From Chthonomonadales bacterium (GTDB taxonomy: Bacteria > Armatimonadota > Chthonomonadetes > Chthonomonadales > CAJBBX01), in NCBI GenBank assembly GCA_037443035.1, contig JBBIPC010000015.1:30887-94886 (forward strand): a stretch of DNA of 64,000 nucleotides, given 5' to 3'. Under the pieces are notes generated by a model. The model ran no database searches, had not been told where the DNA came from, and saw only the letters and a list, made by a program, of their open reading frames with translations. Position 1 is the first letter of the stretch; each line of letters begins with the position of its first letter. The position numbers were made by a program, and so were the translations under genes. Below, in pieces: positions 40,664 through 50,023 of this stretch.

Positions 40664-41659
40664 TCAGCACTGTGGAGCTTGTTCGGCCCGGGCAGCCTGC
40701 TCGAAGACAGCGTAGGCCCATCCGTCCCACTCGGGCAAGACGCCAATGCCGTGGAGATCGCCGTAGTCCTTGGCGATGAAGCCTCCGCCGAACAGCTCCA
40801 CCATGCGCTGGGCGTGGGACTCGATGAGCGCCCGATCCCCCGTCGGGAGTACGGCCTGAATGTCTACCGGCGCATGGAGGGCCATTCCCAAACTCCGCAG
40901 CTTGTCCGCAAGCCGCTCGAGACCGTAGAGCGATGGCTGGTCGAACTGCATGGCGCAGATGCCGACGTCTGCCAGGTCATCCAGAATGTCCCACACGTAC
41001 CCACAAGAGTGCATGATGACGTGCAGGCCACGCTCGCGAGCCGCTGTGCAGAGGCGTCGAAACAGGGGCCTGAAGACTTGACGCCACATGCGCGGGCTGA
41101 TCAGCAGGCGGTTCTGGACACCCCAGTCTTCGCAGAAGAAGATACCGTCTGCTCCGGCCTCTGCCCATCGCAAGATCATAGCTTCGAGGAGCTCCGTCAC
41201 ACGTCCATGCAGCCTGTCCACATTTGTCCGCTCCCAGACGAGGTCCCGGAAGTAGTTTTCCATCTTGCGGAGGTAGCGGCAGATGGCGAAAGGGAACCCC
41301 GGGAGGAAACCCAGCCGGTAGCGCTCCGTCTCGAGCCGGAACGCTGCAGTAGCGGCCTCGAACCTGGATGGGTTGGCGATGTCCGGCATGGTCAGGGACG
41401 GCAGACTGCTCCAGTCGGCCAGAGCAGGTGTATGGACTTCGCCTCCACGGGACATACCCACAAGGCGATGCCAGATGTTGCCCCATTCATCGGTGTAGTA
41501 CTCGACATTGCCTTCCGTCCAGCGCCGCTGTTCCCAGCCCGGTATGGGCCCAAGCGCTGCGCCGGCCATGTCGTTCCACCTTCCGCCGGAGAAGTTCATG
41601 CCGATGCGGGGCGGATCGCTGCATTCGAGGTTAGCCCGTATGATGTCGCGAGGAGTCAT
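40664..41659 (-). CDS. Uroporphyrinogen decarboxylase (URO-D/CIMS)-like family protein
   Basis: TDEWG, DGIFFCEDWG, LISP..WR..F.P, MHSCG, VDIQAVLP, GGGFI. Confidence 0.82.
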   Translation of the reverse strand: MTPRDIIRANLECSDPPRIGMNFSGGRWNDMAGAALGPIPGWEQRRWTEGNVEYYTDEWGNIWHRLVGMSRGGEVHTPALADWSSLPSLTMPDIANPSRFEAATAAFRLETERYRLGFLPGFPFAICRYLRKMENYFRDLVWERTNVDRLHGRVTELLEAMILRWAEAGADGIFFCEDWGVQNRLLISPRMWRQVFRPLFRRLCTAARERGLHVIMHSCGYVWDILDDLADVGICAMQFDQPSLYGLERLADKLRSLGMALHAPVDIQAVLPTGDRALIESHAQRMVELFGGGFIAKDYGDLHGIGVLPEWDGWAYAVFEQAARAEQAPQC

Positions 41660-41687
41660 GGCGCTCTCCGGAACGAGACTTGGACTG

Positions 41688-42719
41688 CTAAGGATTGATG
41701 ATTACCTTGTTCCGCTGAGAACTCGCCATGACCTCCATGGCGTCGTGGATCCGCTCCAGTGGGAAACGATGGCTGATGGCCTGCTCGGGATCCACGAGCC
41801 CTCGCTCGATGAGGCGGATAGCGTGGATCATCGCTTCGGGATTTGTGCCGAAACTGGAATCCATGCGTGCTTCCAGGAAGTGCATGAGACCTCCATCGAG
41901 CTCGAACATCTCGTGTGTCGTGATGCCGAAGACGTTCCAGCGCGTACCCCGGCGCAGGAGCTGGACCATGAGTTGCACCGCTTCGATGGGCCCGGCAGCT
42001 TCCACGACTAAGTCCGGGCCGTCGGGCAGGATCGCGTAGACGGCGTCACGGGCGTCCGTCGTGCGCGGGTTGATGCAATGGGTGGCGCCGAGCCGCTGAG
42101 CAGTGGCGAGGGCGTAATCGCTGACGTCTACTGCCACCAGTCTGCCAGCGCCAGCGGCCTTGGCAACCATCAGGCAATAAAGACCTATGCCTCCGGTACC
42201 GATGATGACCACATCATCGCCAACCCGAATCTCCGAGTTGCGAATGACACCTTTCCACGCCCCGCTCACGGGCTCTGTCTGACAAGCAGCGTCGAAGCTG
42301 ACAGCATACGGCTTGCGATAGAGCGTCTCGACGCCCGTGACCACGTATTCGGCGAAACAGCCGTTCCGGACGTCCTCGGGCCCATCGCCACCGATGACAT
42401 ACGACTGTGGGCAGTAGTGCGTCAGGCCCAGGCGGCACTTCGGGCACGTTCCACAGAATCCGCTCGGCTGCACGATGACCTCTTCGCCCTCGCCGATACC
42501 CTTCACACCTGGACCTAGTGCGGCGACGACTCCGGCTGGCTCGTGCCCAGGAATGATGGGGAACGTGACGTTCGTACGGATGCCCTTGATCGCCTTGTAG
42601 TCCGTCTGGCAGATGCCGCAGGACTTGACTCGCACAAGAACCTCGCCGGGTCCCGGTGTAGGAGTCGGCACTTCTTCTAGCACCAGTACGTTCGGAGCTT
42701 TCAGCACGGCAGCAAGCAT
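41688..42719 (-). CDS. Zinc-dependent alcohol/sugar dehydrogenase (MDR family)
   Basis: CGICQTD, GHEPAG, CGTCPKC..C, GTGGIG. Confidence 0.9.
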   Translation of the reverse strand: MLAAVLKAPNVLVLEEVPTPTPGPGEVLVRVKSCGICQTDYKAIKGIRTNVTFPIIPGHEPAGVVAALGPGVKGIGEGEEVIVQPSGFCGTCPKCRLGLTHYCPQSYVIGGDGPEDVRNGCFAEYVVTGVETLYRKPYAVSFDAACQTEPVSGAWKGVIRNSEIRVGDDVVIIGTGGIGLYCLMVAKAAGAGRLVAVDVSDYALATAQRLGATHCINPRTTDARDAVYAILPDGPDLVVEAAGPIEAVQLMVQLLRRGTRWNVFGITTHEMFELDGGLMHFLEARMDSSFGTNPEAMIHAIRLIERGLVDPEQAISHRFPLERIHDAMEVMASSQRNKVIINP

Positions 42720-42826
42720 AGTCTCGCGTCTCCCCTTCCACCGCCTGACGTTGCGGCATGGCGGTCGGGTACATTGTGACCGAAGAATGGCCAGAACGTC
42801 AGGTTCGCCGGGCGAGGGGTTGCTCC

Positions 42827-43741
42827 ATGAGCCGAGGTAGATCGGAGACACGTAGCGGCGGAAGTACGGATCTCACGGCCGAGGCACGTCGGCGCATCGC
42901 GGGTCTCGTGCAGGCCGAACCCGGTTCTGTGCGCACGTGGCGTAGGCGTGTTCTTGCGCTTCCGCCGGAGGTCGCTGTGCCCGAACTTGCCGCAGCGCTT
43001 GAACGTCACGCCACTTGGGTGGAATACCAACGGGTCGCCTACACGCTGGCGCGCATCGGCAGTGAGCGAGCCCTGGCCGTCCTCGAGTCGGACATCCGCG
43101 ACGACCACCGATATGCGGGACTGGCCATCAGGGCAATGGAACTGGCCGGCAGTCCCCAATGCCTGAACGCGCTGACCGATCTGCTGGCAACAAGGAAGCG
43201 TCGTCTCCTGCGTCGGATCGCCATGGCCCTGGCACGAGCCAAGTACGTCCCCGCTCTCCTCTCGATCCTCCGGCATGAGTATCTGCACCGTGCCAGTATG
43301 GCAGCGTGTCTCCACGAGCTCTTAGTCCAGTTCGGGCGCCCCCAGGTACTGGTGCCCATGGTGCTTGCCGATGAGCGCCTTGCTCCAGAGGAGACCGTGG
43401 AAACGCTGCTCGCGCTGGAGACCGTGCCTCGTTATCTGGGCCGCACGAACGCGAGGATGCTGCTAGACCGTTACGTGCAGCGGGCCAGCGGTCAGCGCTC
43501 GGACCGTGCAAGCGCCGTGGCGAAGATGTATCGTGATCGAACCACGCTCCTGCGCCCCTCCGAGAAAGCCGACGATATTACGCTTCTCAGGCCGGCTTCC
43601 GGTGCTGATCGTACACCCACCGAGCGCTTGCTTACGCCGTCCAGCACCGAAGCCACGGTCGATCAGGAGGCCACTTCCAGCCCTGGTCTCCTCGGCCGCA
43701 TCTGGAACGCCGTCAAAGAAGCCCTGGACGGCGACGGATAA
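42827..43741 (+). CDS. HEAT-repeat-like alpha-helical protein
   Basis: VAYTLARIGSERALAVL, AIRAMELAGSPQCLNAL, IAMALARAKYVPAL; C-terminal LLRP repeats. Confidence 0.65.
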   Translation: MSRGRSETRSGGSTDLTAEARRRIAGLVQAEPGSVRTWRRRVLALPPEVAVPELAAALERHATWVEYQRVAYTLARIGSERALAVLESDIRDDHRYAGLAIRAMELAGSPQCLNALTDLLATRKRRLLRRIAMALARAKYVPALLSILRHEYLHRASMAACLHELLVQFGRPQVLVPMVLADERLAPEETVETLLALETVPRYLGRTNARMLLDRYVQRASGQRSDRASAVAKMYRDRTTLLRPSEKADDITLLRPASGADRTPTERLLTPSSTEATVDQEATSSPGLLGRIWNAVKEALDGDG

Positions 43742-43760
43742 CGGGCTTTCACGGCGTCGG

Positions 43761-45950
43761 CTACTCCTTGGGTTGGCCTATCGGAGACGTTCGCGGACCC
43801 TGAGTCCTGGCAGTGTTCGGCTTCGGAGTAGACACGGTCCGGCTCGCGGCCTTGGCGAATGTGACGGCCGCGTCGGTGGAGATCGCCGGAGTATCTAGGA
43901 CGAGGCCCGACTTGGGAGCCACAGTGACCTTTGTTCGGCCCGACGCCTGTCCCGTCGCCGTGTCATACCAGACGATGTCATAGTCTCCGGGCTTTACACC
44001 CGCGACGGTGATCTTGCCGCTGGAAGCGGATTTCAGTCGGTTGTAGACCCACAGCGCACCGAATGTCTCGTTCGCCTTGCCCAGCAGCCCCAGAGCCGGC
44101 GCGTAGGGTTCCAGGGCAATGCCGCTCACGACGACCCAGTCGGCGCCTGTGTTCTCTATTGTGATGGACCGCGCACCAGCGGCGACCTTAGCCGTGACGC
44201 TCTCGCGTACACGCCGGTCTGCGTCCGAACCCTGGAACTCCTTCACTGCTGCCTCGCTACCGTCCACCACAATACGGATATTGCCACCTGCCCTCGACAC
44301 CTGCTGCACATGCACGGTGATCGTTCCATCCTCGGGGAAGACAGTCTTCAGAGTGAGAGCAGCGAACATGTCGCGGTGAGCCTTCCCTTGGAAAAACGAC
44401 GGCACTTCCCCGAGCCCCGTGATAGCGCCGCTACTGGGAACCGTGAGTTCGGTCTGTTTCAGCGTTGCCCAACCCCCGCCGGGGCGGAGGGTCAATGGAC
44501 CCCGTTCACGGGTGGTCACTGATGCTGAAATGGGTCTGAGGTTCGCATGGGCGAGAATGCCGGACTGGCGCACGAATGTGGCCGCTGGCTCGAACTTGTC
44601 GTACCAGTTGTTCTGATCCACAGCATCCCACATCCAGTACTGGGCCGCTCCCGCGGTTCGGCTCATGATGCTGGACCAGAGAGCTCGATGGAGAAAGGAA
44701 CCATCATCCCGAAGCCCGCCCGGTCCGATTTCGCCGTAGAAGACGGGCTTGTCCAGCTTGTCCACATCGAAGCGACCAGTCACGGCCAGGGCATCGGGAG
44801 GATACGCGTGGGGCTGGACATAGTCCATGTTCTGAAAGAGGCCCGGAATCTCCAACGACGAGCTGGTCGTGACGAGATGGTGGTAGGGATCGTGCTGCCG
44901 CAAGAACTGGGCCATGGCGTTGTGCCAGGCGACAACTTCGTCCGCGTGTTTGTTGGCGATCGAGTCCGTCCACTCGACCTCATTGAAGAGCTCCCACGCC
45001 ATGACGTTCGGGGAATAACCCCATCGGGCGAGGATGTAGCGGTACTTGGACTGGGTCAGCGCCCGCGCTTTCGGGTGGACGAAGAACTCGCCCGGAGTGG
45101 CGAGGAACCCGCCGTTCTGCTTGTTCCAAGGGTTTTCCGACCAGTTGGGGTTGACCCGCGTGGAGTACTGGCCATGGTGTTGGAGCACCACCTGGACGTA
45201 GACGCCCGCCTTTTCCGCGGCCTCGATGATGGCGTCCCACCGACGAGCGGTCTCGAGGTCCAGCTCCCCTTCCCCGAGCTTCTTGTTCATCACCCAGTCG
45301 AGGTTGGTGTTTCCCCAATGACACATCCACACACGCGCCCAGTTGATACCTGCCTGACCGGCTCTGCCTAGGATCGGGACAACGTCGCCCCAAGCGATGT
45401 TCATGCCGAGCGGATAGTAGACCGACCCATTGTCGAAGATGAACCGCTCGCGATTGCGCGGATCCCGGCGTACGAAGCCGGGTAGTGGTGCACCTGTCAC
45501 CTGAAACTCGCGAGGTTCCATCTTCGACGGCTGGATCGCCTTGCCGTTCAGCGTGACCGCAGTTATTGCATGGCGACCGGTCATGTCTGGTGTATAACGG
45601 ACTTTCCACGTCGTACCGCCATCGAAGAACGCTGGCACTCGCACAGACGACTGGTCGGGTCTGGTGATCGTCAACAGAACGTCGTTCTCGGTGTAGTCGA
45701 AGGGATTGCCCTGAACGTCCGGAATCTCGAGCGCGATCTCTGCTTTCGGGTAGACGCCACGTGTCGCTCTCGGTGCGGAGGGTCGTTGTGCTGCGCCCTG
45801 GCCGTAGCCGCCATAGGCGCCGTAACTCCCGTAGCCTCCTCCCAGGCCACTGTCCAAGCCACCTCGCATGCCTGTCGTCAGATCCGGTCCGCCACACCCG
45901 GCGAGCAGCAGTACCAGGATCGCCACACCGGCCGCGCCAATCTTACCCAT
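43761..45950 (-). CDS. Lipoprotein with DUF5060-like Ig domain and clan GH-A (GH5-like) catalytic domain
   Basis: Lipobox LLAG|C; NPFD, FFDGGTTWKVRYTP, WELFNE (acid/base), FYGEIG (nucleophile). Confidence 0.8.
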   Translation of the reverse strand: MGKIGAAGVAILVLLLAGCGGPDLTTGMRGGLDSGLGGGYGSYGAYGGYGQGAAQRPSAPRATRGVYPKAEIALEIPDVQGNPFDYTENDVLLTITRPDQSSVRVPAFFDGGTTWKVRYTPDMTGRHAITAVTLNGKAIQPSKMEPREFQVTGAPLPGFVRRDPRNRERFIFDNGSVYYPLGMNIAWGDVVPILGRAGQAGINWARVWMCHWGNTNLDWVMNKKLGEGELDLETARRWDAIIEAAEKAGVYVQVVLQHHGQYSTRVNPNWSENPWNKQNGGFLATPGEFFVHPKARALTQSKYRYILARWGYSPNVMAWELFNEVEWTDSIANKHADEVVAWHNAMAQFLRQHDPYHHLVTTSSSLEIPGLFQNMDYVQPHAYPPDALAVTGRFDVDKLDKPVFYGEIGPGGLRDDGSFLHRALWSSIMSRTAGAAQYWMWDAVDQNNWYDKFEPAATFVRQSGILAHANLRPISASVTTRERGPLTLRPGGGWATLKQTELTVPSSGAITGLGEVPSFFQGKAHRDMFAALTLKTVFPEDGTITVHVQQVSRAGGNIRIVVDGSEAAVKEFQGSDADRRVRESVTAKVAAGARSITIENTGADWVVVSGIALEPYAPALGLLGKANETFGALWVYNRLKSASSGKITVAGVKPGDYDIVWYDTATGQASGRTKVTVAPKSGLVLDTPAISTDAAVTFAKAASRTVSTPKPNTARTQGPRTSPIGQPKE

Positions 45951-45954
45951 CGTC

Positions 45955-46407
45955 CTAGCTCCCTTCTCGACTCGCCTGTCTGTCCCACTCTTCATACGGT
46001 CGCCGCTCCCACACGCAGTACTCGTCCAGCGCACGTCGCACTACTTCCGGACGCATGACCGCCGGTACGCGTTCCACCGGGCAGGGCAGCCACGGAACGT
46101 GGCCCATGAGACGGCATATGAGAGGGCGCACCGGATAGATCGTGCACCGGCCACGCATGTCGTCCCGGAACGAGCAAAGCGCAATGCGGACGCCGTCACC
46201 GAGGTCCGCGATCGGATTCTCTCCCTTCGGGCTGCACTCCGTGTTGGCAGCATCCAGCCGACACCTCCTATGGAGGTAAGCGCGGATCTGAACGTACTCC
46301 TGGTGAGTCATGGGCACGCCAGCGGTGCAACGAAGACCGCATCCGTCGCATCCATTGCAGACGGAAAGATCCAGGCTCTGCAGAAGCTCAGCGAGCGCTC
46401 CCACCAC
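45955..46407 (-). CDS. YkgJ family cysteine-cluster protein
   Basis: CNGCDGCGLRC, CSF..CTIYPVRPLICR. Confidence 0.85.
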   Translation of the reverse strand: MVGALAELLQSLDLSVCNGCDGCGLRCTAGVPMTHQEYVQIRAYLHRRCRLDAANTECSPKGENPIADLGDGVRIALCSFRDDMRGRCTIYPVRPLICRLMGHVPWLPCPVERVPAVMRPEVVRRALDEYCVWERRPYEEWDRQASREGS

Positions 46408-47545
46408 TAGTTCTCCGCAAGGGCCTCTCTATGGCAAGAGAATACGCTTGCAGTCGCTTGCCCGCGGCCGCGACCTTCGCCTCGTCCACCAGCGACGCCG
46501 TTCCCTTGGGGACTGCGATCACGTCCGGGTTGCCATCGCTAACATACCGCATGCCAGGATTCTCATCGAAGAACTTCAAGTAATACTCAAGGGTACCGGC
46601 CTTCGAAGCCTGGCGCGGATCCGGCAGGACCCTCTCGATGTGCATGGGATTGCCTGGCGCAACCTGCCCTGCGAAGGGTGCCTTGCCCCCGGTCTTCCCG
46701 ATGGTGGCCATGGTTGGGCGCCATGCGGCCATGACGATGGCCGTCATCTTGTAGGTGATACCCTCTGCGGTGCCTTCGCTGCATGCTTGGAGGGCATCCT
46801 TCTTCTTCGGAATGTTGCCATAGGGGATGGCCAGCGAGGTGACCTGAGCATCGGGACACTCTTCCTGTATTGCCTTGATGGCTCCGCCGATCTCCTTTCG
46901 AACACCCTCGGCAGAGAGACGGCGGAAGTTCGCGTGAGTCAACGAGTGGCAGCCGATCTCGCAGCCGATTTCCAGCAGATGCGCGAACTTCTGCGCCGTC
47001 AATCCCTCCTGGTAAAACGCCGGTGGATTCTTGGCGCCATGAAGCACGAAAAACGTGGCCTTGGGTTTCCAGTCCGGATGCTGACGGCTGAACTCCTCGA
47101 GAATGCCCACTGCGCAGTCGGGGTCTATCTCTGAACCAGCCGGGTCCGTGAACCGAAACTGTGTGATGTAGGAGTCATCGAAGGTCAGGACGACGGGCGT
47201 CTTGCCTGCAGGAAGATCCATACGGTTCTCAGCGAACTCTCTGACTGTCACAGGCCTGTAGCCCTTGTCGTAGAGGTCCTGCAAGTCCTTCCGGAACTGC
47301 TCGGGCGTGCGGTTCATGGGACCGTTGGGCTTTTTCGGATCGATGTGGTGATACATGATCACCATGACGGCACCAGCCTCGTTCGGCTTGTAGGAGCGCA
47401 GGTCAATCTCACTGACCTCCGGTGGGCGTGGAGGGGGAGGAGGCGGCGTGGCCTGTGTCGCGTCCGGCTTGCGGCAGCCGCCGAGGAGCAGCAGCGATGG
47501 CAGGACCAGGGGTGGTAGCAATCGGACGAACGCTCGTCTGGGCAT
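46388..47545 (-). CDS. Polysaccharide deacetylase family lipoprotein
   Basis: Lipobox LGG|C, poly-Pro linker; IMYH, VLTFDDS, ATFFV, IGCHSLTH, AIPYG. Confidence 0.87.
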   Translation of the reverse strand: MPRRAFVRLLPPLVLPSLLLLGGCRKPDATQATPPPPPPRPPEVSEIDLRSYKPNEAGAVMVIMYHHIDPKKPNGPMNRTPEQFRKDLQDLYDKGYRPVTVREFAENRMDLPAGKTPVVLTFDDSYITQFRFTDPAGSEIDPDCAVGILEEFSRQHPDWKPKATFFVLHGAKNPPAFYQEGLTAQKFAHLLEIGCEIGCHSLTHANFRRLSAEGVRKEIGGAIKAIQEECPDAQVTSLAIPYGNIPKKKDALQACSEGTAEGITYKMTAIVMAAWRPTMATIGKTGGKAPFAGQVAPGNPMHIERVLPDPRQASKAGTLEYYLKFFDENPGMRYVSDGNPDVIAVPKGTASLVDEAKVAAAGKRLQAYSLAIERPLRRTSGGSAR

Positions 47546-47634
47546 GGTGACCTCGCGGTAGCTCTGTTGCAGTGTACAGGTGATTAGGTGATTATACGCT
47601 AGGACAGCCAGCAAACGATGCCGCTGGCGCGGCC

Positions 47635-47664
47635 TTGACCCGCAGGTGACGGGACCGCCACAAT
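47635..47664 (+). promoter_or_regulatory. Putative promoter of a leaderless queA mRNA
   Basis: TTGACC, 18 nt, CACAAT; ATG 6 nt downstream, no Shine-Dalgarno. Confidence 0.45.
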
Positions 47665-47670
47665 GGGGCC

Positions 47671-48690
47671 ATGTACAGCCTCTCCGACTTCGACTACGAC
47701 CTACCGCAGGAGCTCATCGCCCAAACGCCCCTGCCTCGAGGTCAGTCCAGGCTGATGGTGTTGCACCGGGAGACCGGCGCGCTGGAGTTGCGCACCTTCC
47801 ACGACGTTCTGGAATACATCCGGCCTGGCGACGTGTTGGTGCTCAATGACACGCGCGTCACAGCGCGGCGGTATCGCGGCAAGCGTTCGAATGGAAGGCC
47901 CGTGGAAGCTCTGCTCCTGCGGGCTGTGGGTACGTCTGCGTGGGAGGCCCTCGTCTACCCGGGCAGGCGCCTTCGGCCGGGCGGGACCTTCACGCTGGAT
48001 GCGGGAGACCTGGGCGAAGTGGAAGCTGTAGTGGAGGCGCAGACGCCAGAAGGCGGTCGGATCCTGCGGTTCGCGTCTCAGGAGATCCGTGACGCCCTTG
48101 CCAACCGTGGGCTGGTGCCTCTGCCGCCTTACATAACCGAGCCCCTGTACGACGAAGAGCGATATCAGACCGTCTACGCGAGTGCCGGTGGATCGGCTGC
48201 TGCGCCGACGGCCGGACTGCATTTCACCGAGGACATGCTCCATCGGATACGCGATCTCGGCGCACAGACTGCGTTCGTCACCCTTCATGTGGGGGTGGAC
48301 ACGTTCCGGCCGGTGCGCGAGAAGGATCCATCCAGGCATGTCATGCACGGCGAGTGGTATAGCATCGGCGAACATGCAGCCGACGTCATCAACCGACGAC
48401 AGGGACGGCTGTGGGCCGTTGGCACAACGGTGGTCAGGACATTGGAGAGCGCCGCCGATCGAGACGGTCGGGTGCATCCGGGCTCATCCGTGACACGCCT
48501 GTACATCAGACCTGGCTACGAGTTCCGCGTAGTACAAGCTCTGTTGACAAACTTTCACTTGCCGAGGTCCACATTGCTGATGCTGGTATGTGCCTTTGCG
48601 GGGTATGAATCGACTATGGGCGCCTACAGGCAAGCCGTGGCGCGGCGAATGCGCTTCTACAGCTTCGGCGATGCCATGCTGGTACTCTGA
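47671..48690 (+). CDS. queA: S-adenosylmethionine:tRNA ribosyltransferase-isomerase
   Basis: DFDYDLPQELIAQ, LNDTRV, PLPPYI, YQTVYA, AAPTAGLHF, TNFHLPRSTL, FYSFGDAM. Confidence 0.97.
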   Translation: MYSLSDFDYDLPQELIAQTPLPRGQSRLMVLHRETGALELRTFHDVLEYIRPGDVLVLNDTRVTARRYRGKRSNGRPVEALLLRAVGTSAWEALVYPGRRLRPGGTFTLDAGDLGEVEAVVEAQTPEGGRILRFASQEIRDALANRGLVPLPPYITEPLYDEERYQTVYASAGGSAAAPTAGLHFTEDMLHRIRDLGAQTAFVTLHVGVDTFRPVREKDPSRHVMHGEWYSIGEHAADVINRRQGRLWAVGTTVVRTLESAADRDGRVHPGSSVTRLYIRPGYEFRVVQALLTNFHLPRSTLLMLVCAFAGYESTMGAYRQAVARRMRFYSFGDAMLVL

Positions 48691-48730
48691 CGCCCTACTG
48701 GTCGTGTGTGTGTGACAAAGGAGCAGAACG

Positions 48731-49912
48731 GTGCGACTGGAAGACTGGCAGAAATGGCTGGAGCAGCAGTTTCTCGACACGAATCCACCGCTGCAAGCTG
48801 GCAAGGACACGGATCGGACGGCGGGAGCCGAGTCCGCGGTGGCATTGGCCGAGCCCCCTACAGATGGTGTACACGTCGGAGAACCCGGCGAGATAGGAGC
48901 TCCAAGGCCAGACAGCGCTGAACGTGCGGCAGAGACGAACGAAGCGGCTGCAGGATGGCTTCCCGAGACCCGTCCCGCAGAGCCTCCACTCCGGGCACCT
49001 GTTCCCGCGCCGGTCAGCCAACCGCCACCGATCGTGTCGGCCGTGCCCACACCGCAGTTAGCGCCACGTCCAACAACCAGCCCCAAGACCGGTACGGGCC
49101 TGCCACAGCCTGCGGACTTGCCGTCCATAGAGAACTACCTGCCGACGCTCCGCCGGAAACCACCCGAAGCGCCGCAGCCGCGCCCGGATTCGTCCTCGAC
49201 GACACCTGCGGAGCCACAGACATCCGGAGCCCAGTCGCCCAGTGCCCAGGCTGTGACCCCGCTGGTGGCACCGCTCTCGACCGGAGCCTCCCCATCCCGC
49301 TCGCACGAGTTGTCGGATGCGCCTAGCTCGACGAGCGGTGAGCTCCCATCGGTCCAGCCTGAAGTCGTGAACGCTTCACCATCCGACATGCAGCCCGTCG
49401 TTACGGAACCTGCGCCGCTCGATGCCCAGGTAGCAGAGACGGCCCCGATATCGGCTGCCACCGAACCCGCTACGGAGGCCGAGGCACAACCTGAAGAGAC
49501 GACGAAGGCGACGCGCCCAGCCCGTAAGCGGCGGGCCCGGTCTGCTCGACATGTTACGCCTCCTGAGCTGGCACCTCCGCTGACCTCCCAGGAGTTCTGG
49601 GAGCTGGTGCCGCGTCATATCCGCACGCTCATCAGCATGGGGCAGGACGAGGGCGTTCAGCGCTCTTACAAGCGGCGGTTCAAGGAGAGCCGACTGGCCA
49701 TGATCGAGCGTCTGCTCGACCCCACCCTGTCGCTGGAGGAAACGGCACGTATTCTCAATGTGTGCCCCACCACCGTACGGCGCTACACCAATCGGGGTCA
49801 ACTGCGGCACTATCGAACGCCCGGCGACCAGCGGCGGTTCAAGCTATCGGACGTTCTGGCTTTCATGGAGGCACAGCAGGCTGAACGCGGCCGTCGGTCA
49901 GCCAAGAGCTGA
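48731..49912 (+). CDS. HTH_17 (BldC/excisionase-like) DNA-binding protein with a long low-complexity N-terminal region
   Basis: AAGGAG RBS; P/A/S/T/E-rich region; LSLEETARILNVCPTTVRRYTNRGQLRHYRTPGDQRRFKLSDV. Confidence 0.85.
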   Translation: MRLEDWQKWLEQQFLDTNPPLQAGKDTDRTAGAESAVALAEPPTDGVHVGEPGEIGAPRPDSAERAAETNEAAAGWLPETRPAEPPLRAPVPAPVSQPPPIVSAVPTPQLAPRPTTSPKTGTGLPQPADLPSIENYLPTLRRKPPEAPQPRPDSSSTTPAEPQTSGAQSPSAQAVTPLVAPLSTGASPSRSHELSDAPSSTSGELPSVQPEVVNASPSDMQPVVTEPAPLDAQVAETAPISAATEPATEAEAQPEETTKATRPARKRRARSARHVTPPELAPPLTSQEFWELVPRHIRTLISMGQDEGVQRSYKRRFKESRLAMIERLLDPTLSLEETARILNVCPTTVRRYTNRGQLRHYRTPGDQRRFKLSDVLAFMEAQQAERGRRSAKS

Positions 49913-50023
49913 CTGGATGGGTCGCTCTTTCTGCGTGCCCGGAGCTGGCACGCACATGCCAGTGTGCGTCTGTTGCCCGTCAGTAGGCAGGTGTCCGGCC
50001 GGCCACTCTACGGGAGAAGCGTC

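Noticed and set aside
49700..49912. Prophage or ICE excisionase
   Set aside because: No integrase, att-like repeats, tRNA or phage genes; flanked by housekeeping genes
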